Part shown: positions 18,767 through 28,346 of the stretch, piece by piece
How positions within the stretch are numbered: the first letter of the stretch is position 1
How the letters are laid out: each line of letters opens with the position of its first letter
From: Patescibacteria group bacterium
GTDB taxonomy: Bacteria; Patescibacteriota; Minisyncoccia; Minisyncoccales; UBA10102
Reading direction: 5' to 3'
DNA: 64,000 nt
Assembly (NCBI GenBank): GCA_022563395.1
Contig: JADFNM010000001.1
Location: forward strand, 526,342 to 590,341
Notes under the pieces: generated by a model
What the model saw: the letters and a program-made list of their open reading frames with translations, nothing else
Told to the model about the DNA's origin: nothing
Database searches by the model: none
Position numbers and translations under genes: made by a program

Positions 18767-20163
18767 TGAAGGCGTTTTTGCGGTTTTCAAAGGGGCACCC
18801 GAAACTCTCCCCGCAGGAGAGGAAAGTTGTTCAAAAACTTACCGAAGCGGCAAAGATCATATCTTCTCTCTATCTTATGCAAAAGAACCCCAGATACCTG
18901 GGGGCGAATTTTTATCCGCATGATGCAACAAAAAAGGAAATTCAAGAGGCAGCAAAGAACAATCCTGATATCCTCAGCCCCTACACCTTTGTGGAGCGGA
19001 AGAAAGGAAAACTTATTGCTGTTTTCTATCACGTAAAGTTCAAAAAGGAGGTTGGGCAGATTGCAAAGCTGCTTCGTGAAGCGGCCGCCTTGAGTTCTGA
19101 CAAAAAGCTTAAGGCGTACCTGAAAGCAAGAGCAGAGGATTTTCTGAAGGATAACTATGACAAGAGCAACATTTTGTGGTTGCAGACCGAGTACTCAAAA
19201 ATTGGTGTGGTGATTGGCCCTTTTGACCGATACCTTGACCAGCTCTTTTTTAAGAAGCGAGCCTATATGGCATGGGTTGGAGTGTTAGATGAGAAAACGA
19301 CCAATGATATGACAGCGTTCAAAGAACTCATTCTCACGAGTGAACGTATCTATCTCCCAGGTTCCAAACGTGTGAAGATTTCTCAGGTGAAGGTCCGAAT
19401 TGAGGATACTCTGCTGTTTTCCGGGCTTGTAGCAGACTTTGTTTTTGTTGGAAACAACCTCCCCTCTTCTGCCGACACCTCTCTTATTAAGAAATACGGC
19501 ACTATCTTTACAGTCTTTGAGCCGACGCTTGCGTGGCGTTTTGAGCAGTCGGTTCTCCCTATTTTTCGGCGGGTATTCGCTCCTGCAGTCCAGCAAAAAT
19601 ACTCGTCTGAAGAGATAAAGAAAGCATTCCTTCAGATTTCCGTGCTCCACGAGGCCTGCCATTCTTTGATGAGATACGAGGATGCCCCAGCGAGGCTCGA
19701 GGAACTCTTCCCGTACTTTGACGAGCTTTTTACGAATCTCCTGGGAATTAAGGGATGCGGTGCTCTTATTTTAAAAAATGCGCTCACCGAACGAGAGCTG
19801 GAACTCATTACGCTTGTTGCCATCTGTCAGAGTCTGTATTTTTATGCCTCTCTTCAAGAGCGACCCCATATTAAGGCTTATGCAACGGGTGGAGCCCTCA
19901 TGTTGGAATTTTTGCAAAAAGGGAAAGCGCTTTCGAAACGCCCCGACGGTTTTCACTTTGATCCCTACCGTGCCCTCATTGCGCTCAATCAGCTCACCTC
20001 AATCATTGAGTACTACATTGCCCTTGGGAATCACAACGAGGCGGAAGAATTCTTAAAGAAATTTCCTCTTGGCAGAATCTTTTCTCCCTTTAAACCATAC
20101 TTGAAAGGCATTCCAAGAAAGAAGATACTCTTGTTGACAAAAAAGAAAAGTGATATAAAGTAG
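18767..20163 (+). CDS. Zinc metallopeptidase-like protein (M49/DPP3-like)
   Basis: GANFYP.D, ILSPYT, IGP...Y.D.LF, NLP, LHEACH; TTG at 18754 is an alternative start. Confidence 0.7.
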
Positions 20164-20229
20164 CAACACCTTCAAGAAGAGAAGGAAACTAGCTCTTACA
20201 AAAGAGCAACAATAGAGGGGAGGGGAACT

Positions 20230-21147
20230 ATGAGATACGGCATCGTCGTTCATGGCGGTGCTGGCGGCATCTCTCCTCCAACAAGGAAGGGATGTCGTCA
20301 GGCTGCCGAGGTTGGTATGGAGACTCTCCGGCAAGGAGGTTCTTCCCTGGATGTTGCGGTGGCAGCGGTACGCTGGATGGAAGACAGCGGTCGTTTCAAT
20401 GCAGGCACGGGTTCTGTTCTCCGGATTGATGGAACCATTGAGATGGATGCAGTGGTCGCAACCTCCCAAGGACTTCAGGGAACGGTGAGCGCTGTGCCCG
20501 AAGTCAAGAACCCAGTACTGCTTGCCCTTGAGGTGGCTCGCAGCAACATGCGGCACATCAGTGGACCCGGAGGCAGTCGCTTCGCACAGGAACAGGGCTT
20601 GGAATCTCATCCAGGAGCAACCCGTAGGGCGCGACAGCGCTTGGGGGTGCTCAAGGCAGAAATCAGACAGGCCTTGGCCAAGGGCGAGGTTCCTCAGGGG
20701 TGGACAGAAGAGGAACTCCGAAGATTCGTTGGATCCGATGGGGCACATCCTTCCCGCTGTCTCCAGGCTGTAGAGATGCAGCACGATACCGTAGGCGCAA
20801 TTGCGCTTGACAGGAATGGTGTAGTTGCACTGGCAGCATCCACCGGCGGAAACGGTCTCATGCGGAGCGGAAGAACAGGAGACGTATCGCACCGAGGCGA
20901 TGGATGGGACATTAAACCAGAAGAAGGTGTCCTTGCCACCGGTGTTGGGGAGGCGATCATTGACGAAAGAGGTGCCGACGTCGTGCTAGGGCTCTTGGGT
21001 CTTGGCTTTACGCCACAGCAGGCGTGTGAACAGGCACTGGAGCGCTTTTCGCCCCAAACCAACGTTGGGTTCATCGCCCTCGCAAGGGATGCCATTGGGA
21101 TAGCAGCAAACTGCCCCATGGCGTCTCACAGCATAACAGAGGGATAA
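20230..21147 (+). CDS. Isoaspartyl peptidase/L-asparaginase (Ntn hydrolase)
   Basis: VHGGAG, FNAG.GS, EMDA, DTVGA, AASTGG, GR.GD, ATG.GE. Confidence 0.92.
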   Translation: MRYGIVVHGGAGGISPPTRKGCRQAAEVGMETLRQGGSSLDVAVAAVRWMEDSGRFNAGTGSVLRIDGTIEMDAVVATSQGLQGTVSAVPEVKNPVLLALEVARSNMRHISGPGGSRFAQEQGLESHPGATRRARQRLGVLKAEIRQALAKGEVPQGWTEEELRRFVGSDGAHPSRCLQAVEMQHDTVGAIALDRNGVVALAASTGGNGLMRSGRTGDVSHRGDGWDIKPEEGVLATGVGEAIIDERGADVVLGLLGLGFTPQQACEQALERFSPQTNVGFIALARDAIGIAANCPMASHSITEG

Positions 21148-21162
21148 CAACTCTGTGTGCTT

Positions 21163-21203
21163 AGGTCCTTACCTGCCAGGTAAGGACCTTTCTCTTTGTT
21201 TTT
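21163..21203 (+). terminator. Intrinsic terminator
   Basis: AGGTCCTTACCT/AGGTAAGGACCT hairpin followed by T-rich tract. Confidence 0.85.
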
Positions 21204-21226
21204 CTTGCGTGATATAATGGCAGATT

Positions 21227-22216
21227 ATGAAACGGCTCCTGGCATTCGTTGTATTCCTTGTCTTGGGGATTATCCTTTTTTCAAGCGTGGTGCGGGCTGT
21301 AGGATGGAGTGAGGTGTGGAGTGCCGTTCAGGAGTTCTGGGGAGGAAAGGGGGTGCTGCTTTTAATTCTTACGTTTTTGATTCTCGCCTTGGGGAATTGG
21401 CGCTGGAAAGAAATCTTGAAGTCCCAAGGATATCACATTCCTTTCTTTTCTCTTTTTAAGGTATATCTTGGAGGGTTCTCCGTGGCTTTTTTTATCCCTA
21501 CGTTGCCTTTTGGATCAGATCTGCTCCGGGCGTATACCATACAAAAAACATATAACATCCCCTTTTCAAGGATTTTTGTTTCTGCTCTCATAGAACGAAT
21601 TTTAGAAATCACGGCATATCTTGTTGTGATTCTGGGAGGGGTTACCATTTTTCTCTTTTCCACGCAGATTTTCCATACCATGGTTTTGATTTTATTTGGG
21701 GCGGCTTTACTGTTTATAACAATTCTCTCTCTTTTTTATTTCAAAAGTTTCAAAAGAGAAAGCATTGTCAGAATGATTCTGCCAAGTATTAAAAAGACAA
21801 ACAACATTCTTGAGATAGAAAGGGGGGTATTTAATTTTTTTAAGTTGCGCAATTCTGCGCTATGGAAAGGATTCCTATTCTCTTTTCTTAAGAGCTTGAG
21901 TGCCTTGTTGCGTGCCTGGGTTCTGGTATTCTTTCTTTGGAAAACCATAGGATTTCTTCCCACCCTTTCTGTTTTAGGGTTTTCATACTTAGCTTTGTTG
22001 GTGCCCATTCCAGCTGCGCTCGGTTCTCATGATGCGCTTCAGGCCCTACTCTTTCAATCGTTGGGAGCGGGCGCTCATATGGGAGCTGCATTTGCTCTCC
22101 TCATTCGTGCAGCAGAATTCGCCTTTGCGCTGGTTGGCATACTCTTCCTTATATGGCTGGGTATAGTATTATTCAAAAACACAGTGGTAAAAAAAAGAGA
22201 GAGATTCCTCTCTTGA
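21227..22216 (+). CDS. Lysylphosphatidylglycerol synthase TM / flippase-like protein
   Basis: RWK, P..G.D..R, ER..E, P.PAALG motifs; multi-pass membrane. Confidence 0.82.
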   Translation: MKRLLAFVVFLVLGIILFSSVVRAVGWSEVWSAVQEFWGGKGVLLLILTFLILALGNWRWKEILKSQGYHIPFFSLFKVYLGGFSVAFFIPTLPFGSDLLRAYTIQKTYNIPFSRIFVSALIERILEITAYLVVILGGVTIFLFSTQIFHTMVLILFGAALLFITILSLFYFKSFKRESIVRMILPSIKKTNNILEIERGVFNFFKLRNSALWKGFLFSFLKSLSALLRAWVLVFFLWKTIGFLPTLSVLGFSYLALLVPIPAALGSHDALQALLFQSLGAGAHMGAAFALLIRAAEFAFALVGILFLIWLGIVLFKNTVVKKRERFLS

Positions 22217-22221
22217 GCTAT

Positions 22222-23949
22222 ATGAAAAACCAAGAACTCAGTCATCTTTTTTCTCAACTCGCAACGTACCTCAGAATGGATGAGGTTTCTTTCAAACCCC
22301 AGGCCTTTTTGAAAGTTGCAGAAACCCTAAAAGTTCTTGGAGAGGATGTGGGGGAGATATATGAAAAAGCAGGACTCAAGGGATTGGAAGATATCCCCGG
22401 TGTGGGGAAAGGCATTGCAGGGAAGATGGAAGAATATTTGAAGACCGGGAAAATCAGGGAACTTACGGCGTACAAAAGAAAGATGCCAGTGAATATTGAG
22501 GAGTTGACTCTCGTAGAGGGCATTGGCCCCAAAATGGTAAAGGAACTGTGGAAATACCTTAAGATAAAAAACCTCAAAGATTTAGAGAGAAAAGCGAAAG
22601 CAGGGAAGGTGGCAAAACTTTCCGGGTTTGGCGCAGTAAAGGAGCAAAATATTCTTGAGGCCATTACCTTTCTCAAGCGCTCTTCCGGAAGGGGGCTGCT
22701 CGGGGAAATCTATCCCATTGCGCAAAAGTACGCGGAAGAGCTGAAAGGTTCAGGGTTGGTGCAGCAGGCAATTCCTGCCGGCTCCCTTCGGCGTATGAAA
22801 GAAACTATTGGGGACATAGATATTCTGGTTACTACAAAGCAGCCAGAAAAGGTCATGGACTTTTTTGTGCACATGATCCCCCATGAGAAGGTGTGGGGCA
22901 AAGGAAAAACCAAGACGTCCTTGCGTAGCAAAGAAGGGTTTGACGTGGATGTGAGGGTGGTTGAAGAGAAAGTGTTTGGGGCCTCACTTCAATATTTTAC
23001 CGGCTCAAAGGAGCACAATGTGAAAATAAGAACCCTGGCTGCAAAGAAAGGGTTCAAGCTGTCTGAGTATGGATTATTCAAAGGCAAAAAGCTTATTGCC
23101 TGCAAAACTGAAGAGGCAATCTACAAGGCCCTGGGTATGGAATACATAGAGCCAGAACTCAGGGAAGACCGGGGAGAAGTGGAAGCTGCTCTCAAAGGAA
23201 ATCTTCCAAACCTCATTTTGTATGATTCCTTGAAAGGGGATCTTCAGGTGCAGACCAACTGGACCGACGGGAAACATTCCATTGAGGAAATGGCAAAAGA
23301 AGCAAAAAAGCAAGGGTTAGAATACATTGCCATTACCGACCACACCAGAGATCTTGCCATGGTAGGAGGGGCAGACGAGAAAAAGCTCATGGCGCAAATG
23401 GCAGAGATAGACAAGGTGCAAAAGAAGGTATCTGGCATCAAGATTTTGAAAGGGGCTGAGGTGAACATTCGAAAGGACGGCACCTTAGATATTGAAGACA
23501 AAGCACTAGCAAAGCTGGACGTGGTGGGAGTTGCTGTGCACTCATACTTTAAGATGGCAAGAAAAGATATGACCAAGAGGATCATTCAGGCAATGGAAAA
23601 CCCCAACGTGGATATTCTTTTTCACCCAACAGGAAGACGTCTACTCTTGCGCCAAGAATATGATATAGATATGGACAAGATTATTGCAGCGGCAAAAAAG
23701 ACTGGGACAATTCTTGAGGCGAACGCTTCCTCGCGCATGGACCTGAGTGATATCAACATTAAAAAGGCAACGTACGCCGGAGTAAAGCTCGCTATCAACA
23801 GTGACGCCCATGACAAAAGCCATTTTGCATTCCTTAAGTTTGGCATTGCACAGGCAAGGAGAGGCTGGGCAAGGCGGGAGGATATCATCAACACATGGTC
23901 TCTGGAGAAGATGCTGTCGTTTTTGAAAGACCGAAAAAATAAAAAGTAG
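22222..23949 (+). CDS. polX: DNA polymerase X / PHP 3'-5' exonuclease
   Basis: IPGVGK, AGSLRR.KETIGDIDIL, YFTGSKEHN, ITDH, HPTGR, SDAH. Confidence 0.95.
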   Translation: MKNQELSHLFSQLATYLRMDEVSFKPQAFLKVAETLKVLGEDVGEIYEKAGLKGLEDIPGVGKGIAGKMEEYLKTGKIRELTAYKRKMPVNIEELTLVEGIGPKMVKELWKYLKIKNLKDLERKAKAGKVAKLSGFGAVKEQNILEAITFLKRSSGRGLLGEIYPIAQKYAEELKGSGLVQQAIPAGSLRRMKETIGDIDILVTTKQPEKVMDFFVHMIPHEKVWGKGKTKTSLRSKEGFDVDVRVVEEKVFGASLQYFTGSKEHNVKIRTLAAKKGFKLSEYGLFKGKKLIACKTEEAIYKALGMEYIEPELREDRGEVEAALKGNLPNLILYDSLKGDLQVQTNWTDGKHSIEEMAKEAKKQGLEYIAITDHTRDLAMVGGADEKKLMAQMAEIDKVQKKVSGIKILKGAEVNIRKDGTLDIEDKALAKLDVVGVAVHSYFKMARKDMTKRIIQAMENPNVDILFHPTGRRLLLRQEYDIDMDKIIAAAKKTGTILEANASSRMDLSDINIKKATYAGVKLAINSDAHDKSHFAFLKFGIAQARRGWARREDIINTWSLEKMLSFLKDRKNKK

Positions 23950-23953
23950 GATT

Positions 23954-24400
23954 ATGCCAAAAGAACAATCAGCCGGAGCTGTCATATTCCGCATCGAAAA
24001 CAAAGAACCTCGTTATTTATTACTTCATTATCCTACGGGGGCACGCACCAAAAAAGAGTATTGGGATTTTCCCAAAGGACACCTAGAAAAAGGAGAAACC
24101 GAAAAACAGGCTGCGCTAAGAGAGGTTGCAGAAGAGACTGGGTTGCGCGACGTCTTCTTTGTACCTGGGTTCAAACAGCGCATTCAATACTACTTTCGTA
24201 TAGAGGGGAAAACCATATTTAAAACGGTGGTGTTCTTTCTTGCCTTTACCAAGAAAAAGAAGGTGAAGATTTCTTTTGAACACAAGGGATTTATATGGTT
24301 GCCTTTTGAGGAGGCAATGAAGAAACTCAAGTTTACCAATGCAAGAAGAATTCTTACCAGGGTGCACCACTTCTTGAAGAAGCAAAAACAGGACTTGTAA
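23954..24400 (+). CDS. NUDIX hydrolase (Ap4A hydrolase-like)
   Basis: WDFPKGHLEKGE...AALREVAEETG NUDIX box. Confidence 0.92.
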   Translation: MPKEQSAGAVIFRIENKEPRYLLLHYPTGARTKKEYWDFPKGHLEKGETEKQAALREVAEETGLRDVFFVPGFKQRIQYYFRIEGKTIFKTVVFFLAFTKKKKVKISFEHKGFIWLPFEEAMKKLKFTNARRILTRVHHFLKKQKQDL

Positions 24401-24412
24401 GTCCCGCTTTTG

Positions 24413-24763
24413 TTACTTCTCCTTTACCTGCTCCACAATCTTTTGGAAGACTTGAGGATGTTTTTCTCTGAGTTCTGCAAGTATCTTTCGGTCCAGGGCA
24501 ATACCCTGTTTTTTTAACAGAGGGAGGAATTTGCTATAGGTCAAGCCCTGCTCACGTACCCCTCCTGAAATCTTGGTTTCCCAGAGCTTTCGGTATGATC
24601 TCTTTTTGGTTTTTCGGTCGCGGAACGAATACACCCAGGCGTGACGGAGGGCGTCTTTTGCCAGACGGTACTTTTTGCTTCGGCCCCAGCGAAAACCCTT
24701 GGCCTTTTTTAAGATATTCTTTCTCCTCTTTTTTGCGGTGGTTCCTCGTTTTACCCGTGCCAT
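24413..24763 (-). CDS. rplT: 50S ribosomal protein L20
   Basis: MARVKRG, AKGFR, RDRK.KKR..R.LW. Confidence 0.98.
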   Translation of the reverse strand: MARVKRGTTAKKRRKNILKKAKGFRWGRSKKYRLAKDALRHAWVYSFRDRKTKKRSYRKLWETKISGGVREQGLTYSKFLPLLKKQGIALDRKILAELREKHPQVFQKIVEQVKEK

Positions 24764-24764
24764 G

Positions 24765-24965
24765 TTATGAAGTCAACAAGCTCTTGATTTTTTTTGCGTC
24801 AGGTTTACTTAAGGCTGTCCACTTTTTCATGTGACGCCGCTGCTTTCCGGTGCGTTTCATTCGGTAGTGGTCTTGTCCCGCAGAGCGCTTCAAAATCTTT
24901 CCACCTTTAGTGAACTTAAAACGTTTTATAATGGATTTCCTCGTTTTTGTCTTTTTCCTTGCCAT
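24765..24965 (-). CDS. rpmI: 50S ribosomal protein L35
   Basis: KTRKS..KRFKFT..GK; position in infC-rpmI-rplT. Confidence 0.95.
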   Translation of the reverse strand: MARKKTKTRKSIIKRFKFTKGGKILKRSAGQDHYRMKRTGKQRRHMKKWTALSKPDAKKIKSLLTS

Positions 24966-24966
24966 A

Positions 24967-25482
24967 CTACTTTTTTGTGATAACCATGGTAAGTCCCCTT
25001 GGTTCCAACTTCATGTCGCGTTCCGTTCGAATGGGAATTAAGGCGTTGAGTTGTTCTGTGAACTTCAGGATCTTTTCTTTTGCGTGTTCCAGTAATGCTT
25101 TCTGTCGTCCCCTCAGCCTTAGGTTGATTCTGACGTTGTCCCCTCGCTTTAAAAACTTTGCTGCCTGTCTTACCCTTGTCTCAAGGTCGTGGTCTGAGAT
25201 GTTGAAAGTGAGACGGATTTCTTTTAAATCTCCCCCCGTGTGCTTTTTTGCCTCCCGTTCCTTCTTACCCTGCTGGTAGAGATACTTTCCGTAGTCTGCA
25301 ATTCTTACTACGGGAGGGGTTACCTTCTCGGTTACCTGAATGAGGTCGAGCCCAGCTGCCTCGGCCCGTTGTATGGCCTCCGCCAAGGGAACCATGCCTA
25401 CCTGAGTTCCTGCCTCGTCAATTAAGCGAACTTCGGTTGCCCGTATTTGGTTGTTTATGTATGTTTGTTTCGGCAATATAAT
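24967..25482 (-). CDS. infC: Translation initiation factor IF-3 (non-ATG start; ATT, ATA and TTG in frame)
   Basis: INNQIR..EVRLI, PPV.RIADYGK, KEIR, I..HD, RGR. Confidence 0.96.
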   Translation of the reverse strand: MILPKQTYINNQIRATEVRLIDEAGTQVGMVPLAEAIQRAEAAGLDLIQVTEKVTPPVVRIADYGKYLYQQGKKEREAKKHTGGDLKEIRLTFNISDHDLETRVRQAAKFLKRGDNVRINLRLRGRQKALLEHAKEKILKFTEQLNALIPIRTERDMKLEPRGLTMVITKK

Positions 25483-25598
25483 TTGTCGCGAGTGTCAAAC
25501 TTGTTTTGCACGAGCGACACCTTGGTGTTCTTTTACGGTTGGAACTCCCCTCCAAATTTGCAAAAGCAAATTTGGAGAATAAAAAGGGTCCAAATTAG

Positions 25599-25951
25599 TG
25601 GAGGTGGGGGCGGTGAAGCCCCGTCTAGAAGATATTCTACCAGTACTTCTACAGGCATAGTCCCATTGAAAGAGAAAGAAGGCGGGAATGGGACGAAGTT
25701 CTTCTTTCTTATGATTCTGTTTGTGTCGCAGCGTTCCCGAATCGCGAAACGATGCCTTTCTCGATGGTTGACACCTGTTTTGCCTATCGAGAGTCAGCAA
25801 ACAGATGGCTTACGGTATTATGCGTAGGCAAACGCCGGTTGTGCCGGCTTGAAAACGTTGGCATTTGTGGTGCCCCAGGTTTTTTTATGAGGAGCCTGGA
25901 ACCTCAGCCTGCATACTGGTGTCCTTTCCTCTATCGAAACAATTCACCCCC
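25599..25951 (-). ncRNA. ssrA: tmRNA; tag (A)ANVFKPAQPAFAYA at 25862-25818
   Basis: 5' GGGGGTG..TTTCGA, 3' CACCTCCA with G3.U70 pair, tag ORF ending FAYA-stop, directly downstream of smpB. Confidence 0.93.
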
Positions 25952-26042
25952 GTCCTTCGCTTTCCTTCGTCAAGCTTCGGACGGCAAGCCGTTCAATGCA
26001 TAAGGGCGAAGGACGCCCTTTCAAAGCTTTAGCGAAGGAGGG

Positions 26043-26489
26043 CTATCTTCTTTTCAGTGCCCGTTCCATCTCTCTTTGGGCTTCTCTTTTTTTCAAGAGT
26101 TCTCGCTTGTCTCCTTTTCTCTTTCCTCTGGCAATACCAAAGGCAAGCTTAAGCTTTGCCTTGCTAGTATACACCCTTAAGGGCACAAAAGTCAATCCCT
26201 CCTGCTTTGATCTTCCGTACAAAGAGCGCAGCTCTTCTTTCTTCATTAAGAGCTTTCTTGCCCGGTCAGGATCGTAGTCAGACCCTGCGTTCTTTGGCTG
26301 GTACGGAGGTAGGGTAGAGCCCAAAAGATAGAGTTCTCCGCCCCGAAAGGAAACAAAAGAGCCCGCCAGCTGCAGCTTCCCTTGACGTATTGCCTTTACC
26401 TCTTGGCCTTTCAGCACCAACCCTGCCTCCAGGGTTTCAAGGATTTGGTAGTCGTGATGCGCCTTTCTGTTTTCAGCTAAAGTTGGCAT
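26043..26489 (-). CDS. smpB: SsrA-binding protein
   Basis: NRKAHHDY..LEAGLVLKG.EVK, R.RKLL, ARGK...DKR. Confidence 0.97.
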   Translation of the reverse strand: MPTLAENRKAHHDYQILETLEAGLVLKGQEVKAIRQGKLQLAGSFVSFRGGELYLLGSTLPPYQPKNAGSDYDPDRARKLLMKKEELRSLYGRSKQEGLTFVPLRVYTSKAKLKLAFGIARGKRKGDKRELLKKREAQREMERALKRR

Positions 26490-26530
26490 AGCTTCATTCT
26501 AAAGGAAAATGTGCTACATTAAAAACAGGT

Positions 26531-28288
26531 ATGATAGTTAAGCATCTAGAAAAACTTGTCCAGAGTGCGCTCAAATCCCTTAAAACCGAAGGTCTCCTTA
26601 ATGAGATTAAGGATTCCTTAATTTCGTTTGAGCATCCGGAGAACCCAGAACACGGGGATTATTCCACCAACGTTGCCCTGGTGCTAGGGAAGCAACTGAA
26701 CCAAAACCCAAGGAAAATTGCAGATTTAATACACTCAAGACTAAACATCAGAGACACAGGGTTTGTAAGCGAAATTAAGGCAGAAGGCCTCGGCTTCATC
26801 AACTTTTTCTTAAAGCAAGAGTACCTTATAGGAGAGTTGCAGGAAGTGATTAAGAAGAAAGAAAAGTATGGTCAAGGCGATGCTCAAAAGAAAAAGGTAA
26901 TGGTTGAGTTTACCGACCCCAACCCCTTCAAGGAGTTTCACATTGGGCATTTGTACAGCAATACCGTTGGGGAGAGTTTGTCTCGACTCCTTGAGGCGCA
27001 GGGAGCTCAGGTAAAGCGGGTGAACTATCAAGGAGATGTGGGGTTGCATGTTGCAAAGGCAGTCTGGGGCATGCAAAGGAATCTTGAAGAACAGCATCTC
27101 TCCCTAAAGGAGTTGGCGAAAAAAGATCTGTCAGTAAGGATGAAGTTTCTCGGGCAGTCATATGCAAAGGGGAACCAAGCGTATGAAACAGGAAACGCAA
27201 AAGAGGATATTGAAAGCTTGAATGCAAAAATCTTCGCCCTAGACAAAGAAATTAAGGAGCTTTATCAGCAAGGCAGAAAATGGAGTCTTGAATATTTTGA
27301 ACAAATCTACAAGCGCTTGGGAACCAAGTTTGACTATTACTACTTTGAAAGCGAAGTAGGAAAGGTAGGGGAAAAGCTTGTAGAAGAAGGAATGAAAAAA
27401 GGAATCTTTGAGAAAAGCCAGGGAGCAGTTATTTTTCCTGGAGAGAAATACGGCCTCCATAGCAGGGTATTCATTACTTCTCAGGGATTGCCAACCTATG
27501 AGGCAAAAGAGCTTGGGTTGGCTCCCACAAAATACAAAGACTTTAAGTATGATCTTTCCCTCATTATTACTGGGAATGAAATCATTGATTATTTTAAAGT
27601 ACTACTGGCCGCATTAAAGGAAATAAATCCAGAGCTTGGGAGAAAAACCAAGCATCTTTCCCACGGCATGGTACGTCTGCCAGAAGGCAAGATGTCGAGC
27701 CGTACCGGAAACGTTGTTACAGGGGAAGAGCTGATTGAAGAGGTAAAAGGCAGAGTACAAAAGATTATGAAGTCCTCGGGAAGCGAGATTCCCGAAAAGG
27801 AGCAGGAAGCTGCAACAGAAAGCATTGCAGTTGGGGCAGTAAAATATTCTTTGTTGAGGATCGGTCTTGGTAGAGATATCACTTTTGATTTTGATAAATC
27901 TCTGAGTTTAGAGGGGGAAAGTGGTCCATATCTTCAATACACGTATGCCAGATGCCGCAGCATCCTCCGCAAGGCAAACTTAAAGAGACTAAGTTATTCA
28001 CACCTTAAAGAAACTAAGTTGCTCCCAGAGGAGATGGCTTTGTTGAGGTTGCTGTATAGATTTCCAGAAATTGTTAGAGATGCAGCAGACAACTTTTCTC
28101 CTAATCTTGTTTGCAGCTTTGTGTTTGATATTGCCCAGGCCTACAACAACTTCTACAACACCCACCGGGTTTTGCAGGCAGAAATTGAGGAGCAAAAGAA
28201 CTTTCGCCTTGTGCTTACTGCAGCCACAGCCCAGATTATTCAGAATTCTCTCAAACTCTTGGGCATTAAAACCCCAGAGCGCATGTAA
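26531..28288 (+). CDS. argS: Arginine--tRNA ligase
   Basis: HGDYSTN, PNPFKEFHIGH, KMSSRTG, GPYLQY. Confidence 0.97.
   Translation: MIVKHLEKLVQSALKSLKTEGLLNEIKDSLISFEHPENPEHGDYSTNVALVLGKQLNQNPRKIADLIHSRLNIRDTGFVSEIKAEGLGFINFFLKQEYLIGELQEVIKKKEKYGQGDAQKKKVMVEFTDPNPFKEFHIGHLYSNTVGESLSRLLEAQGAQVKRVNYQGDVGLHVAKAVWGMQRNLEEQHLSLKELAKKDLSVRMKFLGQSYAKGNQAYETGNAKEDIESLNAKIFALDKEIKELYQQGRKWSLEYFEQIYKRLGTKFDYYYFESEVGKVGEKLVEEGMKKGIFEKSQGAVIFPGEKYGLHSRVFITSQGLPTYEAKELGLAPTKYKDFKYDLSLIITGNEIIDYFKVLLAALKEINPELGRKTKHLSHGMVRLPEGKMSSRTGNVVTGEELIEEVKGRVQKIMKSSGSEIPEKEQEAATESIAVGAVKYSLLRIGLGRDITFDFDKSLSLEGESGPYLQYTYARCRSILRKANLKRLSYSHLKETKLLPEEMALLRLLYRFPEIVRDAADNFSPNLVCSFVFDIAQAYNNFYNTHRVLQAEIEEQKNFRLVLTAATAQIIQNSLKLLGIKTPERM
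26596..26632. repeat. Family A, in-frame in argS
   Basis: CCTTAATGAGATTAAGG att CCTTAATTTCGTTTGAG = LNEIKDSLISF. Confidence 0.88.
27978..28019. repeat. Family A, degenerate, in-frame in argS
   Basis: ACTTAAAGAGACTAAGT tattcaca CCTTAAAGAAACTAAGT. Confidence 0.6.
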
Positions 28289-28346
28289 ACTTAGTTTAAC
28301 TAAGGACGCATTGAAAAGCGCCTCAAAAGGTGATACTTTACTATAT

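Noticed and set aside
20053..20892. 279-aa antisense ORF (also 49196-49858, 7541-8044 and similar)
   Set aside because: Shadow ORFs opposite well-supported genes.
25447..26003. ORFs overlapping ssrA
   Set aside because: Explained by the tmRNA; no protein motifs.
28071..28346. N-terminal extension of IleS in the ORF track (similar cases: tatD 40863, polX 22153, glyA 52800, 57914)
   Set aside because: These extensions overlap upstream genes, terminators or a tRNA; conserved N-termini begin at later ATGs.
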